A stretch of 64,000 nt of DNA from Clostridia bacterium. Lineage in GTDB: Bacteria; Bacillota; Clostridia; RUG12999. The position numbers were made by a program, and so were the translations under genes. The stretch covers positions 6,697 to 70,696 of the forward strand of contig JAZNOL010000095.1 of NCBI GenBank assembly GCA_045580815.1. The letters run 5' to 3'. The notes beneath the pieces were generated by a model. The model had not been told where the DNA came from. It saw nothing but the letters and a program-made list of their open reading frames with translations, and made no database searches. Within the stretch, counting starts at the first letter, position 1, and every line of letters begins with the position of its first letter. Positions 57,944 through 64,000 of the stretch are shown here, in pieces.

Positions 57944-59662
57944 TTGCAAATCAAAAAAACAACGTCTGGAGGAATAGTTTTGAAGGATAAGGCACAGTCG
58001 ATTCTGAAAGGGTCACTTATACTTCTTATAGCTAACTTTACTGTTAAGCTTATCGGTGCAGCTTTTAAGATACCGCTTACCAATCTTATCGGCAACGAAG
58101 GTATGGGATATTTCAACTCTGCATACAGTATTTATTCTGGGCTTTTTGTAATTGCCACAGCCGGACTTCCTGTAGCAGTTTCAAAAATGGTTTCCGAAAG
58201 TGTTGCCGAAAATCGTCTGCGCGATACAAAACGAATTTTTAGCATCGCTTACATAATGTTTTTGATAATTGGATTAATCGGCACTTCTGCACTGTTTTTT
58301 GGTGCAGATGCATATGCCGCAACAACAAAATATATTGACGCAAACATTGCTATACGCACTATTGCGCCGGCGATTTTGCTGGTTTCGTTAATGTCGGTTT
58401 ATCGTGGATTTTTCCAGGGAATGCGTAATATGTATCCTACTGCCATAAGCGAAGTAATTGAAGCTTTGGGCAAGCTTTTGATAGGTTATGTTGCCGCATA
58501 TCTGCTTATTGGCAAAGGACGCCACATGGCGGCGGCAGGTGCTATTTTTGGTGTAACTGCCGGAGCATTTTTGGCTCTTGCTGTTATTATGCTCATATAT
58601 CAGAACAACAAAAAATCAATTTATTCGGGTATTGAAAATGCTCCCGAAGCACGAAGCGTAAAAACCATAACAATAAAACTTTTAACAATTGCCGTACCTG
58701 TTACAATAAGTGCTTCTGTATTTACACTTACAAATTTAATTGACAGCATTTTTATAGGCCGCAATCTTGAATCAATAAATCATCTGCTTGTAAATACTCC
58801 GCTGATGCAACAGGTTATTGCAGAAACTCCCGAATACATAAATATACCCATTGCCGAATTGACCGACAAGGTGCATACCATTTTGTACGGCATATACACA
58901 GGTAAAGCTGTTGTTTTATACAACATGCCACCAACTCTTGTTATGGCACTTTGTATGTCGCTTGTTCCTGCCATTTCACGTGCTGTTGCACAAAAAGACA
59001 GTCCCCTTGTAAAATCAACTACAACACAATCCCTGCGCACGGTAATGCTTTTTGCAGTTCCCTGCAGTGTGGGATTGCTGGTATTAGCTGAACCTGCTTT
59101 AGTTCTTCTTTACGGCACAAACGATGCAACAACTCTGTTACAGCTTATTGCTCCGGCGGTTACCTTTGTATCAATGGTTCTTGTTACAAATTCTATTTTA
59201 CAGGCAACAGGACATGTCATGGTTCCGGTTGCAAATATTGCAATAAGCGGTATTGTCAAGCTTGTTATAAACATATCTCTTGTAAGCAACCCTGCAATCA
59301 ACATAAACGGAGCACCCATAGGCACTACTGCATGTTATTTCACATATATGGCACTCAATCTCATTTATGTACGCAAGGTTACAAAAGCTGACATCGGGTT
59401 TGGATTCTGGATAAAACCCATTGTTTCCGGGCTTGTTATGGCTGTTACCGGATGGCTTGCTTACAGTTTACTTGGCAATGTTATAGATGCAAGTTCGCGC
59501 CTTAACGCTGCAATTTTGTTTGTTGCATGCGGTGCAGTTTCAGGTATTGCATATTTTATTGCAATGCTTATTGTAGGAGGAATTAAAAAAGATGACGTTC
59601 TTGTTCTTCCCAAAGGTGAAAAAATTGCAACGCTTTTAGCACGGTTAAAACTTCTTAAATAA
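57944..59662 (+). CDS. MOP-superfamily polysaccharide/lipid-II flippase (SpoVB / MurJ-like)
   Basis: Twelve to fourteen TM helices with Wzx/MurJ-like composition. The likely true start is TTG 57980, 6 nt after RBS GGAGGA (57968..57973), giving MKDKAQSILKGS... Confidence 0.75.
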   Translation: MQIKKTTSGGIVLKDKAQSILKGSLILLIANFTVKLIGAAFKIPLTNLIGNEGMGYFNSAYSIYSGLFVIATAGLPVAVSKMVSESVAENRLRDTKRIFSIAYIMFLIIGLIGTSALFFGADAYAATTKYIDANIAIRTIAPAILLVSLMSVYRGFFQGMRNMYPTAISEVIEALGKLLIGYVAAYLLIGKGRHMAAAGAIFGVTAGAFLALAVIMLIYQNNKKSIYSGIENAPEARSVKTITIKLLTIAVPVTISASVFTLTNLIDSIFIGRNLESINHLLVNTPLMQQVIAETPEYINIPIAELTDKVHTILYGIYTGKAVVLYNMPPTLVMALCMSLVPAISRAVAQKDSPLVKSTTTQSLRTVMLFAVPCSVGLLVLAEPALVLLYGTNDATTLLQLIAPAVTFVSMVLVTNSILQATGHVMVPVANIAISGIVKLVINISLVSNPAININGAPIGTTACYFTYMALNLIYVRKVTKADIGFGFWIKPIVSGLVMAVTGWLAYSLLGNVIDASSRLNAAILFVACGAVSGIAYFIAMLIVGGIKKDDVLVLPKGEKIATLLARLKLLK

Positions 59663-59669
59663 CGTATAT

Positions 59670-59705
59670 AAAAAAGGCTCTCGCATTAAATAGCAAGAGC
59701 CTTTA
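59670..59705. terminator. Bidirectional terminator between the spoVB-like gene and rapZ
   Basis: GGCTCTCGC-attaaata-GCAAGAGCC followed by TTTATTTATTGTTTTT. Confidence 0.5.
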
Positions 59706-59706
59706 T

Positions 59707-60564
59707 TTATTGTTTTTGACAGTCTCTGTGATCCGTCACAACATTATATTCTTTTTTTAGCAAAAAATCTTTAAGTGCCTCTGCAACTGTCACACTGCGG
59801 TGTTTTCCGCCTGTACAGCCTATTGCAATAACAAGCTGATGTTTACCCTCTTCAATGTAATGGGGCAGAAGAAACTCAATCATATCATTGAGCTTTTCGA
59901 TAAACACATTTGTCTGCTCAAAACTGCACACATAGTCGCTGACCTCTTTATCAAGCCCGGTTTTTGGTTTAAGTTCGGGAATATAAAAAGGATTGGGCAA
60001 AAAACGCACATCAAAAAGCAAATCTGCATCTGTAGGGATTCCGTATTTAAACCCAAAAGACATGACGTTTACAACAATGTTTTTAAAAGGCACTTCGCCC
60101 ATTGAAATTGTGTAAATTTCGTCACGAAGCTGAGCGGTTTTCAGTTTTGTTGTGTCAATAACATAATCGGCACGTTTTTTAACCTCGCTAAGCAGCCCGC
60201 GTTCACGCAAAATACCCTCAAGCAGACGGTCGCCGCCCGAAAGCGGATGGCTGCGGCGTGTTTCTTTATATCGTTTTACCAAGGTTTCGTCGCTTGAATC
60301 GAGGAACAGAATTTCATATTCAACACCGATTTTTGCAAGGTCGTCAAGAGAATCAAACAAACTGTTAAACATCTCTCCGCCACGCAGGTCAATCACGAGA
60401 GCAACCTGTTTCATGGCTGTGCTTGACCTTTTGCAAACGTCTGCAAAAGGAGAAAGAAGCGCCGGCGGCATATTGTCAACGCAGTAATAACCGATATCTT
60501 CAAGCACTTTAATCACGCTTGTTTTTCCTGCGCCGGACATGCCGGTTATAATTAAAAACTTCAC
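59707..60564 (-). CDS. rapZ: RNase adapter protein RapZ (YvcJ family P-loop protein)
   Basis: MKFLIITGMSGAGKTS is the Walker A motif; C-terminal GCTGGKHRS. Confidence 0.85.
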   Translation of the reverse strand: MKFLIITGMSGAGKTSVIKVLEDIGYYCVDNMPPALLSPFADVCKRSSTAMKQVALVIDLRGGEMFNSLFDSLDDLAKIGVEYEILFLDSSDETLVKRYKETRRSHPLSGGDRLLEGILRERGLLSEVKKRADYVIDTTKLKTAQLRDEIYTISMGEVPFKNIVVNVMSFGFKYGIPTDADLLFDVRFLPNPFYIPELKPKTGLDKEVSDYVCSFEQTNVFIEKLNDMIEFLLPHYIEEGKHQLVIAIGCTGGKHRSVTVAEALKDFLLKKEYNVVTDHRDCQKQ

Positions 60565-60593
60565 AAAATGCGCTTCCTTTCTTTTTGAAAAAT

Positions 60594-61499
60594 TTATTTT
60601 TCCGGAATATATTTTACTTCTGTTTGCAAATCAACGCCAAATTTTTCTTTAACGGTTTTTTGTATATGTGCAATAAGGTCAAGAACATCCTGCGCTGTTG
60701 CGTCTCCGGTGTTTATAACAAAACCGCTGTGCTTTTCGGAAACTTCTGCACCGCCTATGCGAAAGCCTTTTAAATTGCAGTCTTCAATAAGCTTGCCGGC
60801 AAAATGCCCCTCGGGACGTTTAAACGTACTGCCTGCACTTGGAAAATTCAGCGGCTGCTTATCACGGCGGCGCTGGTTAAGCTCACCGCAAAGAGCGGTT
60901 ATTTCTTCTTTGCATCCGCATTTTAATTCAAACTGTGCAGAAAGTATTAATCCGCCGTTTTGCTGAAAAATACTGCTTCTGTACCCGAATTTACATTCTT
61001 CGTTTGAAAAAGTTTTTATCTGTCCGTCTTCGGTTAAAAATGTTACCGATGAAATAACATCCTTGAGCTCGCCGCCGTATGCACCGGCGTTCATGAATAT
61101 ACCGCCGCCAAGAGTGCCCGGAATGCCAGAGGCAAATTCCAATCCGCAAAGAGCACTGTTTGTTGCGGCAGATGCCACTGAAGAAAGCATTGCACCTGCA
61201 CCGGCTGTGATTTTGCAACCATCAACTTTAATATTATCAAGTCTGGCGGTGGAAACAACAACTCCACGTATACCCTTGTCATCAACAAGCACATTTGAAC
61301 CGTTGCCAAGGATAACAATGCGTGCTTTTTCACTTTTGCAAAGTGCGATCACGTCACGCAGAGCTTCGGCAGTTTCAGGAAACACCATAACATCTGCATT
61401 TCCGCCTATTTTAAAGGTGGTGTGTTTTTTCATGGGTTCATCTGTCAGAACATTTTTGTCGTTGCAAATGCTTTTTAATTTCTCAGTTAAAACGGACAT
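60594..61499 (-). CDS. murB: UDP-N-acetylenolpyruvoylglucosamine reductase
   Basis: FAD-binding motifs FKIGGNADVMVFPE and ILGNGSNVLV; the C-terminal domain is conserved. Confidence 0.88.
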   Translation of the reverse strand: MSVLTEKLKSICNDKNVLTDEPMKKHTTFKIGGNADVMVFPETAEALRDVIALCKSEKARIVILGNGSNVLVDDKGIRGVVVSTARLDNIKVDGCKITAGAGAMLSSVASAATNSALCGLEFASGIPGTLGGGIFMNAGAYGGELKDVISSVTFLTEDGQIKTFSNEECKFGYRSSIFQQNGGLILSAQFELKCGCKEEITALCGELNQRRRDKQPLNFPSAGSTFKRPEGHFAGKLIEDCNLKGFRIGGAEVSEKHSGFVINTGDATAQDVLDLIAHIQKTVKEKFGVDLQTEVKYIPEK

Positions 61500-61526
61500 C
61501 GGATAAACCTCCGCCTTTCGGTAATA

Positions 61527-62468
61527 TTATTTGCCAAGGAATGCCGCACCGATAATGCCGGCATCGTTGCCAAGCTGTGCAATAGCGATTTCTGTGCGTG
61601 AAATATCGTTTAAACCGTAGGTTTCATCAAGACAGAATTTTTTGATGGGGTCAAGCAGATAGTCGCCCTCTTTGCAGATTCCACCGCCGATAACAAGAAG
61701 CTCCGGCTGGAAAATATTAATCATGTTTGCAATACCTACAGCAACGTGTTTGATGTAATAGTTAACAACTTTAAGACCGGACTCGTCGCCCTGTTTTGCT
61801 GCAACAAACGCAGTTTTGCCGCTTACTTTGTCAAGGCAACCATCTGTCATATCAAACATTGCAGATTTTGTGTTGTTGGCAATTTCACGGCGTGTCTGGC
61901 GGATAAGTGCAGTTGCAGAAGCATATGCTTCCCAGCAACCTTTTCTGCCGCATGAACACTGCTCGCCGTCAGCAACAATAACTGTGTGGCCAAGCTCGCC
62001 TGCCGCACCGTTGGGACCTGAATAGATTTTTCCGTCAATAATAACACCGCCACCGACGCCTGTGCCGAGTGTAATTGCAACAAAGCATTTCATGGGTTTG
62101 CCGATTTTGTAATATTCGGCAAGAGCTGCAACGTTTGCGTCGTTTTCAATGTAAACGGGTTTGTCAATATATTTCTGGATTTCTTTGCGAACAGGTGTGT
62201 TGTGGAAATGCAGATTGTTTGCATAAACAACAACGCCGTTTTCGCTGTCGCATGTGCCGGGGCTGCCCACACCAATTGATTTGATGTCGTCCATAGAAAG
62301 TCCGGCATCTTTTACAACTTTGATGCAAAGCTGAGCAACATCTTTAAAAATTTCTGTGTAATCACGGTCTGCACCTGTGGGCACAGAATCTTTGTGAATA
62401 ATGTCACCTGCATCGTTTACTACACCGACAGCAATGTTTGTGCCGCCGAGGTCTACTCCTAAGTACAT
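61527..62468 (-). CDS. glcK: ROK-family glucokinase
   Basis: MYLGVDLGGTNIAVGVV, and the ROK zinc motif CSCGRKGCWE. Confidence 0.82.
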   Translation of the reverse strand: MYLGVDLGGTNIAVGVVNDAGDIIHKDSVPTGADRDYTEIFKDVAQLCIKVVKDAGLSMDDIKSIGVGSPGTCDSENGVVVYANNLHFHNTPVRKEIQKYIDKPVYIENDANVAALAEYYKIGKPMKCFVAITLGTGVGGGVIIDGKIYSGPNGAAGELGHTVIVADGEQCSCGRKGCWEAYASATALIRQTRREIANNTKSAMFDMTDGCLDKVSGKTAFVAAKQGDESGLKVVNYYIKHVAVGIANMINIFQPELLVIGGGICKEGDYLLDPIKKFCLDETYGLNDISRTEIAIAQLGNDAGIIGAAFLGK

Positions 62469-62483
62469 AAAAATACCTCCAAA

Positions 62484-63221
62484 TTATAATGTAATTTTAT
62501 TTTTAAGCGGTCTGCCGTTTAAATAGTTAAGCAGTCGCTCTTGTGAACTGTTTACAATAAGCTCTTGTGGATAATCTGTTTGTTTGACAAGCTGTATGCC
62601 GGTTTCAAATTTGCCAATAAGAGAAGCATGATGAGCATCGCTTGACAGCATAATGTGAACATCATATTTTTTGCACATTTCAAGAACAGGCAAAAATACA
62701 TCTGCATAAGATTTATCCCTTGCAAAGGATAGCTCGTTAATTTCAATTATTTTGTTATGCTTTGCGGCGGTTTTTATAACCGGCTCAATATAAATCTCGT
62801 GCCCATAACGCAAAAGATGTCCCAGTGCATCAATATACGGATTTTCAAGGGCACGTATGTATGCATTTGTATAATCAGATTTGTTATACCTTTGCGGCAT
62901 ACCTGTGAGTTCGGTGTGCATACTTGCTATAACAAAATCAAGTCTTTGCAAAAGAAAATCAGGCAAATCGGGGTTGCCGAAAGGGGCGGTAAGACCGGTT
63001 TCGGCACCTTTTAAAATGCGCACACCGTGAAGATGTGACGGAACAACGTGCATATTGAAAAAATGCGAAATTTTAGGTGCGTCGGCTGTTGCCGGTCCGT
63101 GCTCGGTTAAAGCAATGCATTTTAAATTTTTTTCTTCTGCGGCAAGTGCAATTTCATCAATTGAACTGTATGCATGTACGCAAGATGAATTGTGCATATG
63201 AAGGTCTGCAATAAATTCCAT
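62484..63221 (-). CDS. PHP-domain phosphoesterase
   Basis: DLHMHNSSCVHAYSSIDEIALAAEEKNLKCIALTEHGP is a PHP His-cluster motif. Confidence 0.7.
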   Translation of the reverse strand: MEFIADLHMHNSSCVHAYSSIDEIALAAEEKNLKCIALTEHGPATADAPKISHFFNMHVVPSHLHGVRILKGAETGLTAPFGNPDLPDFLLQRLDFVIASMHTELTGMPQRYNKSDYTNAYIRALENPYIDALGHLLRYGHEIYIEPVIKTAAKHNKIIEINELSFARDKSYADVFLPVLEMCKKYDVHIMLSSDAHHASLIGKFETGIQLVKQTDYPQELIVNSSQERLLNYLNGRPLKNKITL

Positions 63222-63225
63222 TTTC

Positions 63226-64000
63226 TTAATTATCCTCCATCATGCTTTCGGTAAGTCGCTGGTTAAGTTCCTGTGCGGCGCTGATGCCCATGCGCTTTTG
63301 CCTGTTGTTCATGGCGGCAACTTCTAAAATAACCGCAAGGTTTCTGCCTCGTTTTACAGGAATGGTAATCTGCGGAACCTTTACGCCCAAAATGTCGGTG
63401 TATTCGTTTTCAAGACCGAGACGGTCGTATTCTATGCCGCTTCTCCACTGTTCAAGATTAACAACAAGGTCAACGTTTTCTGTATCTTTAACAGCACCCA
63501 TACCGAAGATGTTTTTCACGTTCACAATACCAATGCCTCGAAGCTCGATAAAGTGCTGAATAATTTTCGGTGACGATGCTACAAGTGTACGATTTGAAAC
63601 CTTTTTGATTTCAACGGCATCATCCGCAACAAGACGGTGACCACGCTTTAAAAGCTCAATTGCGGTTTCACTTTTGCCTACACCGCTTTCGCCGATAATG
63701 AGAATACCCTCACCGTAAATTTCAACAAGCACGCCGTGACGTGTGATTCTTGGTGCAAGCCATACGTTAAGGTTGGATATAACCTCACTCATAAAACGGC
63801 TTGTGGAAAGGTCGGTACGCAAAAGAGGAATGTCATATTTTTCCGCAGCGGCAACAAGCTCGGGATGCGGTGTCATCCCGCGGCAGATAACAGCCATCGG
63901 GAATTTTTTTGAAAACAGCTTATCAAGGCATTTTGCACGTGCATCGGGCTCCATGGTTTCAAGATAAGTCATTTCGACCTTGCCTATGACCTCAATACGT
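63226..64000 (-). CDS. hprK: HPr kinase/phosphorylase, partial (N-terminus beyond the window end)
   Basis: HGVLVEIYGEGILIIGESGVGKSETAIELLKRGHRLVADDAVEIK, the P-loop and HprK signature. The frame stays open upstream of the annotated Met to position 64000. Confidence 0.85.
   Translation of the reverse strand, partial: RIEVIGKVEMTYLETMEPDARAKCLDKLFSKKFPMAVICRGMTPHPELVAAAEKYDIPLLRTDLSTSRFMSEVISNLNVWLAPRITRHGVLVEIYGEGILIIGESGVGKSETAIELLKRGHRLVADDAVEIKKVSNRTLVASSPKIIQHFIELRGIGIVNVKNIFGMGAVKDTENVDLVVNLEQWRSGIEYDRLGLENEYTDILGVKVPQITIPVKRGRNLAVILEVAAMNNRQKRMGISAAQELNQRLTESMMEDN

Noticed and set aside
1-64000. Mobile-element or genomic-island boundaries (transposase, integrase, tRNA insertion site, direct repeats)
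   Set aside because: No transposase or integrase ORF, no tRNA and no flanking direct repeats were recognised. Horizontal acquisition of the 40-kb locus can be neither supported nor excluded from this window.
63972-64000. Met at 63972 as the hprK start
   Set aside because: The frame remains open to the window edge, and alignment to HprK implies about 60 more N-terminal residues, so the gene is partial.

Overview
This is a low-GC (about 38-40 %) Firmicutes/Clostridia-type chromosome segment from a spore-forming organism with an S-layer. Positions 1 to about 40200 form a large accessory locus of two divergent operons. The minus-strand arm (17935 down to 1) encodes a 1447-aa secreted protein with three near-identical tandem beta-sandwich modules and a C-terminal CE4 deacetylase domain, then a sugar ABC importer (binding protein plus two permeases, no ATPase), an atypical histidine kinase / LuxR-type response regulator pair, and two giant surface proteins (1522 aa and more than 1135 aa) carrying SLH anchors and a clan GH-A-like glycosidase domain. 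The plus-strand arm (18662 to 38673) starts with an XRE-HTH / BadF-type sugar-kinase-like fusion regulator. It continues with a 1071-aa glycosidase carrying a CBM9-like and a copper-amine-oxidase-N-like domain, three SLH-domain proteins (two are tandem paralogs), an orphan secreted protein, a second GH-A glycosidase (1021 aa) and a leaderless 766-aa glycosidase-like protein. The large surface proteins are built from a recurring module of about 210 aa (DDFEDYE-x-M ... VGNW ... SYYEL ... FRKV) that I cannot assign to a named family, alternating with Big_2-like segments and an alpha-helical 'KYSDY' module, with poly-Gly linkers and SLH triplets. I interpret this as an S-layer-tethered, regulated glycan-processing system, probably for hemicellulose. 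The rest of the window is mostly housekeeping or sporulation genes: VanY-like carboxypeptidase, a PAS-like protein and an Fe-S flavoprotein, aconitase, secG, an NCS2 permease, ArsR, a MATE transporter, an AraC regulator with a GH127 beta-L-arabinofuranosidase, an amidohydrolase, a leaderless Cu/Zn-SOD-like protein, an SLH protein, a GerA-family protein, cwlD, a spoVB-like flippase, rapZ, murB, a ROK glucokinase, a PHP phosphatase and partial hprK. A 535-bp GC-rich convergent intergenic region (52829..53363) carries nested inverted repeats, and a related short copy lies at about 56335..56395. No rRNA, tRNA, CRISPR array, transposase or integrase was recognised.
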